From Chloroflexota bacterium (GTDB lineage: Bacteria > Chloroflexota > Anaerolineae > Anaerolineales > Villigracilaceae): DNA of 64,000 nucleotides. A program made the translations under genes and the position numbers. Where the stretch lies: the NCBI GenBank assembly GCA_040754535.1, contig JBFMCC010000023.1, positions 28,570 through 92,569 on the forward strand, given 5' to 3'. Shown piece by piece: positions 28,595 to 37,148 of the stretch; within the stretch, counting starts at the first letter, position 1, and every line of letters starts with the position of its first letter. The notes under the pieces are model-generated. The model searched no databases, had not been told where the DNA came from, and saw only the letters and a program-made list of their open reading frames with translations.

Positions 28595-29518
28595 ATGATG
28601 AAAAATATCATTCCCCCGAGCGACCAGCCATCGGCATATAACATGTATGAGAACGTGGAATACTCGGAATATTGGAATGTCGCATATAGGAGGAAGCTCA
28701 ACGAACTGGAACATGCCATTGTTCAAGAATTATTGCCTGCGGCAGGCAACCGCATTCTCGATCTGGGTTGCGGCTATGGCAGGATGGCCGATTGCTATCT
28801 TGGTCGCTTCCGGGATGTCGTGATGTTCGACGGCTCCTTATCTCTGCTACGAACCGCGCAAAAAGTGACCGACGGGAAAGCGTATTATGTAGTGGGAGAT
28901 ATTAACTACCTCCCCTTTCATCCCGCCACATTTGACAACATACTGATGGTCCTAGTGCTTCACCATCTGACCGAACCGGCACGATGTTTGGATAATATTG
29001 GCAAAGTGATCTGTAAGGGCGGACGCTTTGTGATGACTTACAGGAACAAAAGAAACGCTCTATGGATGGCAAAATACCTTGTGGGGGCATTGCATGGGAA
29101 CCCGTTCACCAAAGAACCGCTCCTCCTGGAGGCCAACATATTCAATCATCATCCTGCTTACATAGCGGAGTTGATGACCGCCGCTGGCTTTGAAAGCCTT
29201 ACATATCGCGGGGCAGGCGTTTTCGACAAGGTCGAAAAATCACTGGGCAGGTTCGCCAAATGGGTGCCGCGCGGTGACTTTTGGACGCCCCTGTTCGGCA
29301 AATTATTCCTGGCCCCGTGGATATTCTGCCGGGGAATCTCCCAGAACAGGGAAACTCTCAGATCTTCCGAGAATGTGGAAAGCCTGCTGGCATGCCCGCG
29401 TTGCAAGTCGGAACTGGAACGTGAAGCAAGCGGGGTCAAATGCATGCGTTGCCGCACTAGGTATCCAAACCTCGATGGGATTATCGACATGAGAATCGAA
29501 CCACAGGCTACTTCATAG
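28595..29518 (+). CDS. class I SAM-dependent methyltransferase with C-terminal Trm112-like zinc ribbon
   Basis: LDLGCGYGRM is motif I. The C-terminal LACPRCKSELE...KCMRCRTRYPNLDGIIDM is a Trm112p-like zinc ribbon. Confidence 0.75.
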   Translation: MMKNIIPPSDQPSAYNMYENVEYSEYWNVAYRRKLNELEHAIVQELLPAAGNRILDLGCGYGRMADCYLGRFRDVVMFDGSLSLLRTAQKVTDGKAYYVVGDINYLPFHPATFDNILMVLVLHHLTEPARCLDNIGKVICKGGRFVMTYRNKRNALWMAKYLVGALHGNPFTKEPLLLEANIFNHHPAYIAELMTAAGFESLTYRGAGVFDKVEKSLGRFAKWVPRGDFWTPLFGKLFLAPWIFCRGISQNRETLRSSENVESLLACPRCKSELEREASGVKCMRCRTRYPNLDGIIDMRIEPQATS

Positions 29519-29715
29519 TTTCATCATCAGCCATGTGCAAAAACCAGTGGGCCACGCATAAGAGGTGTGATGGGGAATGGTATTCCGCATATCTGTAATT
29601 CAACAGGATTCCATCCCGCTCCACAAAGCTAATCACTTACATCTGACCACTATCACGGCTTCTTGAAGGATACGAAAACTGCCATTAAAATCAAATTTTT
29701 AAATTGAAATTTAAC

Positions 29716-29743
29716 TTGACTTTTTTTTTGTAATCAGTATAAT
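29716..29743 (+). promoter_or_regulatory. near-consensus sigma70 promoter (TTGACT, 16-nt spacer, TATAAT)
   Basis: In an AT-rich intergenic region, ~260 nt upstream of the 30001 start. Confidence 0.55.
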
Positions 29744-30000
29744 GTTATTTGCGCTTTTCAAATTTGTTAAGTGGCCTTGAAACAATGAATTGCCCACATT
29801 ATCGGGCTCACACGGTTCAAGATATAAGTGACGTTCATCCATACAGATCTAGACAAGTATTTTGAAAAAGGCTATTGTTTGAGAAGCGATCAGTAAACCG
29901 CCTACAGAGTTAGCCATTACCTCCGCCTTTACACAGTCCAACTCAAATAAGGCGAGTCGTCAAATAAAAAATCCATCTAATTTCACCCGCGGGAGGCACA

Positions 30001-33000
30001 ATGTTCAAGACTATTTCGTTTTTGACCCAGAAGATGGACAACACTATTCAGCGTGTCGCGTTCGGCCCCGTGATCATGGTCCTGGTCCTCCTTTTTGCAG
30101 CCGTTGGGGTACCGACTCAGGATGTTGCGGCACAGGCACCATCCAACAAACCGTTGTTGATCGCCGCCTTTGTGCCCGAAAAGGTGGTATTGATATCACC
30201 GGAAGGAAATATCGGCAACAACTACAATCCTACTTATACATGGAATGCACTGGTTGATGCAGATGAATATACTCTTGGAGTCGTTGGCCCGAACGGGGAA
30301 GATTTGATCTATCAAACGTATGACCAGGCAGATATATGCACCGCCACGATTTGCTCGGTCACCCATCCGCTGACTTTGTCCGGGGGATCGCATACCTGGT
30401 GGGTGAGGGGGAGAAACGTGGACGGGCTCGGTCCGTGGAGCGATCCGATGGTTTTCAGCATTGCGCCCGATACCACCATCACCAGCAACCCGCCGGACCC
30501 GAGTTTCAGCAACAGCGCCACATTCGCTTTCGAAAGCGATGATCCCTCCGCGACATTCGAATGCCAATTGGATGGAGGCGGCTTCAGCGCCTGCACCAGC
30601 CCAATGGATTACACAGGCCTAAGTGACAGCAGTCACACCTTTGAGGTGCGCGCTGTGGAAAGTCATGGCACTCCCGACCCCACGCCGGCCTCCTACACGT
30701 GGCTGGTTGATGTCCCCGTCTGCTACGCCCTGACGCTTAGCCATACCGGCAATGGAAGCGATCCATCAGCCGATCCCGCCAACTCACCGGGCTGTTCGGC
30801 CGGTCAATTCGTTGAAGGCGCGGTCGTGGATCTAACCGCGGCGCCGAATGCGGGCTGGCAGGTCAGTAGTTGGACCGGCACGAACGATAATAACAGCACT
30901 GCCACCAGCAACACCGTCACCATGCCCGCCGGCGCACATGCCGCGAGCGTCAATTACACGCAGATCGAATACACCCTGACGGTGAATACTGTGGGAAATG
31001 GCACGGTGACCAGAGATCCCGACCAGGCCATCTATCACTACGGCGATGTCGTGCAGTTGACCGCGACACCTGCCATCGGCTGGCTCTTCTCCGCCTGGAG
31101 CGGCAGCCTGACCAGCACGGCCAACCCGGTCAACATCACCATTGACGCGAACGAAACCGTTACCGCCACGTTCACGCAGATCGAATACACCCTGACGGTG
31201 AATACTGTGGGAAATGGCACGGTGACAAGAGATCCCGACCAGGCTACCTATCACTACGGCGATGTCGTGCAGTTGACCGCGGCACCTGCCGCCGGCTCGT
31301 CGTTCTCCGGCTGGAGCGGTGACCTGACCGGCTCCGCCAACCCGGTCAATATCACCATTGATGGCAACAAGTCCGTCACCGCCACATTCACCAATATCGG
31401 ATACACCCTGACAGTGAACATCGTCGGCGACGGTACCGTAAGCAGGAATCCTGACCAGGCCTTCTACACCTACGGCGATGTGGTCGAACTGACCGCCGCG
31501 CCGATGCCCGGCTGGACCTTCGCAGGCTGGTCCGGCGGGCTTTCCGGGAACGCAAATCCCGAATCCATCGTAATTGATGAAGATGAAACGGTTACGGCGC
31601 AGTTCCTGACCCTGCCTTTGCTCACCTCACCGCTCAATGGAACGACGCTGCTTTACAACCAGCCGACTTTTGACTGGGAGGATGTAAACGGAGCAATTAA
31701 CTACAGCATTCAGGTTTCCAGGTATAGCAATTTCAGATTGCTCTTGGTGAATGCAAGGGTTACGACCTCGACCTATACCCTCCTCAGGGCACTCCCAGTC
31801 AATACTGTGCTCTACTGGCGTGTCAAAGCCAACGGTGTCGCTTTCAACCTATGGTCCGAAGTACGCACCCTCACTTCCGCCAATCCGCCTTCGCTGCCGC
31901 TTCTGCGTTCGCCAGCCAACAATGCCCTGGTAACGGATTACACGCCGCGCCTCGATTGGGCCGACGTCAGACTCCCGGCAGGGACGACCTTCGATAAATA
32001 CGAACTTCAGATGGCAACGGACAGCGCGTTCACCTCCCCGACCAGTGTGGAGATTGGCGGCCCGGAGACGAACTCCGAGTACACACCCGGCGTCGACCTT
32101 CTTCCCAACACCAGGTATTACTGGCGCGTACGTGCATACAACACAGACGGACAATATAGCGCCTGGTCCACGAGCCGTTCCTTCCGCACGGCCGTCCTGC
32201 CGCCGACGCTGCTGGCCCCATCGGACGCTGAGATACTGCTCAACAAACGTCCGACCTTCGATTGGGATGATGTGGCGGGCGCGACCTCCTATACCATCCA
32301 GATCTCCACCGCCCAAAACTTCATGCCCGTCAAGATCAATGCCACCGTGACCACCTCGACGTTCACGCCGACGATTAACCTGATGGCTGACACCCTGTAC
32401 TACTGGAGAGTGCGGACCAACGCCGTCAACGGGCCGAGCGTGTTTTCCGAAGTCTGGTCCTTCACGACAGGCAACCCGCCCTCCACGCCTGCCCTGGTTG
32501 CTCCGGCCAATAACGCCCTGCTCACCGATTACACGCCGTTGTTGAACTGGTCCAATTCCACCCTGCCGGCCGGGACGACCTTCGATCATTACCAGTTGCA
32601 GATCGCAACGGACGCCGCCTTCGCAAGCCTGGTCGTGGATGCCAACGTGGGCGCGGGAGACATTACCGCCTCGGAGTACAGCCCGACGACCGACCTGGCC
32701 GCCAACACCAAGTTCTACTGGCGCGTGAGAGCCGTGAACAGCGACCTGGAATACAGCGCCTGGTCCGTCAGCCGTTACTTCCGTACGGTCCTCCTGCCGC
32801 CGACCCTGGTTACCCCGGCCGATCTGGACATCCTCTCCGGCCCGCTCCCGACGTTCGACTGGGAGGATGTGACCGGCGCATCCAGTTACACCATCCAGGT
32901 GTCGAGGAACCCCACCTTCACCCAGTTGGTGGTAAACAGGACCGTTGCAACCTCCACGTACACTCCCGTTTCCAACCTGCCCCTTAACATCACTCTCTAC

Positions 33001-33072
33001 TGGCGGGTCAGGACGAACGGCCCCAACGGGCCAAGCCTGTGGTCGGAAGTGAGGTCGTTCACGCTTCAATAA
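30001..33072 (+). CDS. large secreted repeat protein: InlB B-repeat (Listeria/Bacteroides repeat) domains plus ~6 FN3-like repeats
   Basis: GGGAGG RBS and an N-terminal signal/TM. Four YTLTVNTVGNGTV...WSG...ANPVNITID...VTATF units. Six ~95-aa repeats end YYWRVRA...WS..R.F.T. Confidence 0.8.
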   Translation: MFKTISFLTQKMDNTIQRVAFGPVIMVLVLLFAAVGVPTQDVAAQAPSNKPLLIAAFVPEKVVLISPEGNIGNNYNPTYTWNALVDADEYTLGVVGPNGEDLIYQTYDQADICTATICSVTHPLTLSGGSHTWWVRGRNVDGLGPWSDPMVFSIAPDTTITSNPPDPSFSNSATFAFESDDPSATFECQLDGGGFSACTSPMDYTGLSDSSHTFEVRAVESHGTPDPTPASYTWLVDVPVCYALTLSHTGNGSDPSADPANSPGCSAGQFVEGAVVDLTAAPNAGWQVSSWTGTNDNNSTATSNTVTMPAGAHAASVNYTQIEYTLTVNTVGNGTVTRDPDQAIYHYGDVVQLTATPAIGWLFSAWSGSLTSTANPVNITIDANETVTATFTQIEYTLTVNTVGNGTVTRDPDQATYHYGDVVQLTAAPAAGSSFSGWSGDLTGSANPVNITIDGNKSVTATFTNIGYTLTVNIVGDGTVSRNPDQAFYTYGDVVELTAAPMPGWTFAGWSGGLSGNANPESIVIDEDETVTAQFLTLPLLTSPLNGTTLLYNQPTFDWEDVNGAINYSIQVSRYSNFRLLLVNARVTTSTYTLLRALPVNTVLYWRVKANGVAFNLWSEVRTLTSANPPSLPLLRSPANNALVTDYTPRLDWADVRLPAGTTFDKYELQMATDSAFTSPTSVEIGGPETNSEYTPGVDLLPNTRYYWRVRAYNTDGQYSAWSTSRSFRTAVLPPTLLAPSDAEILLNKRPTFDWDDVAGATSYTIQISTAQNFMPVKINATVTTSTFTPTINLMADTLYYWRVRTNAVNGPSVFSEVWSFTTGNPPSTPALVAPANNALLTDYTPLLNWSNSTLPAGTTFDHYQLQIATDAAFASLVVDANVGAGDITASEYSPTTDLAANTKFYWRVRAVNSDLEYSAWSVSRYFRTVLLPPTLVTPADLDILSGPLPTFDWEDVTGASSYTIQVSRNPTFTQLVVNRTVATSTYTPVSNLPLNITLYWRVRTNGPNGPSLWSEVRSFTLQ
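30961..31392 (+). repeat. two near-identical tandem 216-bp intragenic repeats (72-aa InlB B-repeat unit)
   Basis: 30961-31176 vs 31177-31392 differ at only a handful of positions. Confidence 0.85.
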
Positions 33073-33208
33073 GTTGACTGGCAAACTCCATGCAGGGCCG
33101 CGTTTTATGAGGACGCGGCCCTGTCATGGAAAAAACCGTCCCATGGCGGATGGCAACCGCCGACAGAAGAGAGCGCCCCGAAGAGCAAACCCGGCGCTCG
33201 ACATCGAA

Positions 33209-33238
33209 ACGCCGCGCTGAAATGCGGCGTTTTGTGTT
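33209..33238 (+). terminator. intrinsic terminator downstream of large repeat protein
   Basis: acgccgc-gctgaaat-gcggcgt + tttgtgtt. An additional GC hairpin at 33094-33122 has no U-tract. Confidence 0.6.
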
Positions 33239-33271
33239 ATTAAAGGCAAATCCCGCCCACAGGATCCAACC

Positions 33272-33973
33272 ATGAACAACTATATTGCGCTTGTGATCAC
33301 GTTCCTCGTTGCCGTCGCCTTCCTGCGCCTGATGGACTTTATCGCCCAGCGCGGCTGGATCGAAAGCAGGATGAGCCGTAAACTCATCCACATCGGTACC
33401 GGGCCGATCTTCGTACTTTGCTGGCTGATGTTCTCCGACGTTCAAAACGGACGCTGGCTGGCCGCGTTGGTCCCGCTTCTCATTACGGCACAGTTCGTTT
33501 TAGTCGGCACAGGGGTCATTAAAGACGAGGCGGCTGTGAAAGCCATGTCGCGCACGGGCGACCGCCGCGAGATCCTGCGCGGACCGTTGTTCTACGGCAT
33601 CGCCTTCGTCGCATTGACGTTGATCTACTGGAAGGATTCCCTGATCGGCATCCCGGCGTTGATGATCATGTGCGGCGGCGACGGGATCGCGGATATTGTC
33701 GGCCGCCGCGTTAATTCTCCCAGATTGCCCTGGTCGCCTGAAAAAAGCCTGCTGGGCTCGGTCAGCGTGTTCGTTGGCGGATGGCTGTTGACCATGTTCA
33801 TCTTCGCCGTCTACGTGTGGATGGGAACCTTCAGCGGACCGATCACTCGATTTCTACTGCCCGTCACCGGGATCGCTCTGGGCGCGACCCTGGTCGAGTC
33901 CCTGCCCTTCCGGGATGTGGACAACCTGACCGTTACCATCGCCGCCGCCCTGCTGGGTCACTTGCTATTTTAG
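33272..33973 (+). CDS. CTP-dependent polyprenol/phytol/dolichol kinase family membrane protein
   Basis: Multi-TM. C-terminal MCGGDGIADIVGRR...SLLGS resembles the VTE5/Sec59 GDGxAD motif. Confidence 0.6.
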   Translation: MNNYIALVITFLVAVAFLRLMDFIAQRGWIESRMSRKLIHIGTGPIFVLCWLMFSDVQNGRWLAALVPLLITAQFVLVGTGVIKDEAAVKAMSRTGDRREILRGPLFYGIAFVALTLIYWKDSLIGIPALMIMCGGDGIADIVGRRVNSPRLPWSPEKSLLGSVSVFVGGWLLTMFIFAVYVWMGTFSGPITRFLLPVTGIALGATLVESLPFRDVDNLTVTIAAALLGHLLF

Positions 33974-34978
33974 GACCGGCTTCAACGCCTCGGCCAGGAT
34001 CTCCGTAAACACAATCCTGCCGGCCTCGTTCAGGTGCAAATTGTCTGCGAACAGGGCCGGGACGAGGCGTTCGTCGCGCGAAAAATCGAGGAACGGAATC
34101 CCGCGTTCGTCCAGGTAGGAAGCGAGGTCGTCCATGTAGGTCTTGAGGCCGGGCGGTTCGGAGTCAAATCGCAGGGTGCGGGCGCGCACGAAGATCAGTT
34201 GAATGCCGTTCTCGCGGCACAGGCGGACGATCTCCGGCAGAAAGGAATCATCCACACTGGCGTCGAAATCGAGGGCGCGCGGCGTGTAAAGATAGGCTTC
34301 CGCGGACGCGACCGCCTCCGCCAGCAGATTCGCCTCGAGATTGGCGGCCCGGAACACGGCGTCCATCGCGCCGTTGGTGCAGGCGGCGTCGCATTGCAGG
34401 AACAGACGGGGCGGGGTGTAACGAATGCCGGCGTCCAGCGATTTGCGCAAATCCAGGCGGGCGCCGTAGACCGGCAGGTAGGCTTCGGCCAGTTTTTCGA
34501 GGGGATTCATCCGGTTGACATAGGCGCGTTCGATGAACACGAGGTCGTCCGGCGCGGCGTACTCGTCAATGGGGATGAAGTAACTGCCGTGCACGCGATA
34601 GCCCGGAAGGGTGAGCATGGTGTCGCGGAACAGCATGATGAGCGCCCGCGGCTTACGCTCCGCTTCGACGATATTGTTTTCCAATACCAAATACCACAGC
34701 GCAGACGCCGACCCGCTTGCCCTGACGCTGTATATTTCCACTCCCAGAGCCGTGGACAGCACGGCCGCGTCCACGTCGGCCTGAAGAAGCGAATCTCCCA
34801 GCATCACGATCTGGGTGGGGGTCTGTTCGAGGACTCTCCTGACAGTCTGGCGGACGAACGCGTCCGGTTGCAGGCCCAGGGCGCGGGGGTAGCCGGGCTG
34901 GTAACGCGCTTGAACGTAAACGGACAGCCCGCCCGACAGGATCAGCAGAAACAGTACGTATCGGCGGAATGCTTTCAT
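33965..34978 (-). CDS. SGNH/DltD- or AlgJ/AlgX-like O-acyl transfer accessory protein, membrane-anchored
   Basis: N-terminal TM, with LGDS near the N-terminus. Paralog of 37149-38168. Adjacent to the MBOAT gene. Confidence 0.55.
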   Translation of the reverse strand: MKAFRRYVLFLLILSGGLSVYVQARYQPGYPRALGLQPDAFVRQTVRRVLEQTPTQIVMLGDSLLQADVDAAVLSTALGVEIYSVRASGSASALWYLVLENNIVEAERKPRALIMLFRDTMLTLPGYRVHGSYFIPIDEYAAPDDLVFIERAYVNRMNPLEKLAEAYLPVYGARLDLRKSLDAGIRYTPPRLFLQCDAACTNGAMDAVFRAANLEANLLAEAVASAEAYLYTPRALDFDASVDDSFLPEIVRLCRENGIQLIFVRARTLRFDSEPPGLKTYMDDLASYLDERGIPFLDFSRDERLVPALFADNLHLNEAGRIVFTEILAEALKPVLK

Positions 34979-34997
34979 TTGCAGGTAGAGGAACAGG

Positions 34998-36404
34998 TTA
35001 GAACTGGAAGTAGATGAAATCGGGCGAGGAGGAATTGAGGTAAACCAGCATCGCCACGGTGGCGGCCGCGTAGTACAGCGCGTGGACGTACGAGTCCGGG
35101 GCGAGACGGCGGTCCATCCACCATTTGAGCGCCAGCGGGGCCGCGTAGAACGCGGTCATCGAAAGGACGATAAGCGCCACGGCTTGTTCTTCCAGCGTGC
35201 CAAGCAATGAGCCAGAGGAGAGTACGTTGACCATCCAATCGAGCGAGGGGGCGCGGAATAACAGCCAGCCGAACACGATGAAGACGAACATCACCAGCCA
35301 GGCCGCGAAGGTTTTCACTTTGCTGGAAGGCTTCCAATTGCCTCCCATGCCAAGCGACTGGTAGACGACGATCAGGACGCCGTACCACAGGCCCCACAGC
35401 ACGAACGTCCAGCCCGCGCCGTGCCAGATGCCGCTCACCAGCATGGTGACCAGCGGCGGCGCGGACTGGATCAACCAGTCCGGCAATCGCCCCTGCCGGC
35501 GGAGCAGGGCACGGCGCAACGGAAAGAAGATGTAATCGCGCAGCCAGGTGGATAATGTAATGTGCCAGCGATTCCAAAAGTCGGTGGGCGTGAGGGAAAG
35601 ATACGGGGACTTGAAATTCTCGGACGTATCGAAGCCGAGCAGGTACGCGACGGCGCGGGAGAGATCGGTGTAAGCAGAAAAATCGGCCAGGATTTGCAGG
35701 GTGAAGCCGAGCGCGGCGGAGACGGCCAGCAGAATGGTCGGTTCGCCCAGGGAGAAGACGCGGTCCACGATAGTCTTGATGGTATCGGCGACTACGAATT
35801 TTTTGAAGAAGCCCATCACCAGCAGCGGCCATGCGCTGTAAAAGTACTCGGCCTTCCACACACGCGGACTTTGAATCTGCGGCAGGAGTTTCTGGGCGCG
35901 GTCCATCGGGCCCGCGGTGACTTGCGGGAAGAAGGAGACGTACAGGCCGAATGCGACCAGGTCGCGCGCGGGTTCGAGCGTGCCGCGCGACACGTCGAGC
36001 AGGTAGGCAAGTTTCTTGAGCGTGTAGAACGACAGGCCCGCGGGGAGCAGAATCCGCACCAGCACGAAATCGGCCTGCAGGCCCAGGCCAGACAGAAGTC
36101 CGAAGAGCGAACCGCTGAAGAAGTTGTAATACTTGAAAAATGCCAGCACGCCCACGTTCAAGATGAGACTGAGCGCGACGAACGTCCGCGACCGGGCGCG
36201 GTTGCGGGCAATCGCGAGGGCGAGTCCGTAATCTGCGAGGGTCGAGAGTCCCAGCAAAAGCGCGTACCACGGATGCGCCCACGCGTAGAACACGTAACTG
36301 GCGGCCAGCAAAAGGACGTTCTGCCACGCCGTGCGGCGCGCGAGCCAGTAGAGCACGAAGACGATGAGAAAGAAAATCAGGAAGTCGTAAGTTGTAAAAA
36401 TCAT
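34998..36404 (-). CDS. MBOAT family O-acyltransferase (AlgI/DltB-like)
   Basis: Multi-TM. WNRWHITLSTWLRDYIFFPL is the MBOAT His motif. Confidence 0.85.
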   Translation of the reverse strand: MIFTTYDFLIFFLIVFVLYWLARRTAWQNVLLLAASYVFYAWAHPWYALLLGLSTLADYGLALAIARNRARSRTFVALSLILNVGVLAFFKYYNFFSGSLFGLLSGLGLQADFVLVRILLPAGLSFYTLKKLAYLLDVSRGTLEPARDLVAFGLYVSFFPQVTAGPMDRAQKLLPQIQSPRVWKAEYFYSAWPLLVMGFFKKFVVADTIKTIVDRVFSLGEPTILLAVSAALGFTLQILADFSAYTDLSRAVAYLLGFDTSENFKSPYLSLTPTDFWNRWHITLSTWLRDYIFFPLRRALLRRQGRLPDWLIQSAPPLVTMLVSGIWHGAGWTFVLWGLWYGVLIVVYQSLGMGGNWKPSSKVKTFAAWLVMFVFIVFGWLLFRAPSLDWMVNVLSSGSLLGTLEEQAVALIVLSMTAFYAAPLALKWWMDRRLAPDSYVHALYYAAATVAMLVYLNSSSPDFIYFQF

Positions 36405-36411
36405 TCGACGC

Positions 36412-37146
36412 CTATGATTCGGGATGTTCCTCGGCCAGGAGCATCACGCGGAAATCCTCGGCCGCGGCCAGGCCTTTTTCCTTGCCCGCCTCGGCGGCCC
36501 ATTCGCGCATTTCCTTCTCGACGTCCCAATCGCCGATCTGACTGGCGTGCTTTTTCAACGCGGCAATCTTGACCTCGAGCGTGTCGGCGATGTCCACCCA
36601 CGTATCGGGCTTTTCAGACCCGTGGACGTACAGCCGCCTGACGTTGTGCGGTTCCAGCCCCTCTTCGAGCAGGTCGGTGAAGATGAGGCGCGTGCCCGCG
36701 GACGGGAAGACCGCGTCGATGGCGGCCTGCGCCGCGGCGCGGTGATCGGGATGGTTGACGTAGCCGTTGCCGTAGAACAACTGCGTCGGATCGCCGGTCA
36801 CCACGACCTCGGGTTTGAAGCGGCGGATGAGGTGCGTCAGTTCCCTGCGGAGGGGGATGTCCGCGACGAGTTCGCCGTCCGCGTAACGAAGGAAGACGGT
36901 TTGTTTGACCCCCAGCACTTCATTGGCGGCCTTCTGCTCGCCCTCGCGGATGAGGGACAGGACCGGCTTGTAATCGGGACCATGCGCGGGGTCGTTCGAC
37001 CCGGCGTCTCCGCTGGTGATGACCACCGAGACGATCTCGCACCCGGCGCGCGCCCATTTGGCGAGCGTCCCGGCGACGGTGAATTCCTGATCGTCGGGGT
37101 GCGCGTGGATCACCATGGCGGATTTGGGGATGTATTCTTTTTCCAT
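36412..37146 (-). CDS. PIG-L/LmbE family N-acetylglucosaminyl deacetylase
   Basis: VIHAHPDDQEF...HPDH are family motifs. Confidence 0.8.
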   Translation of the reverse strand: MEKEYIPKSAMVIHAHPDDQEFTVAGTLAKWARAGCEIVSVVITSGDAGSNDPAHGPDYKPVLSLIREGEQKAANEVLGVKQTVFLRYADGELVADIPLRRELTHLIRRFKPEVVVTGDPTQLFYGNGYVNHPDHRAAAQAAIDAVFPSAGTRLIFTDLLEEGLEPHNVRRLYVHGSEKPDTWVDIADTLEVKIAALKKHASQIGDWDVEKEMREWAAEAGKEKGLAAAEDFRVMLLAEEHPES

Positions 37147-37148
37147 GT

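Noticed and set aside
31849-33084. 411-aa minus-strand ORF
   Set aside because: Antisense to the repeat protein. The repetitive sense sequence creates a long open antisense frame.
33094-33122. GC-rich hairpin agggccgcg...cgcggccct after the repeat-protein gene
   Set aside because: No downstream U-tract. The terminator at 33209-33238 is the better candidate, so this was not listed as a terminator.
26822-33240. Possible prophage or integrative element with integrase
   Set aside because: No integrase, recombinase, transposase or phage structural gene is recognisable. Only att-like scars and foreign composition are present.
34975-36327. 450-aa minus-strand ORF in alternative frame
   Set aside because: Out of frame with the MBOAT gene, which carries the diagnostic His motif. 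Arg-rich composition.
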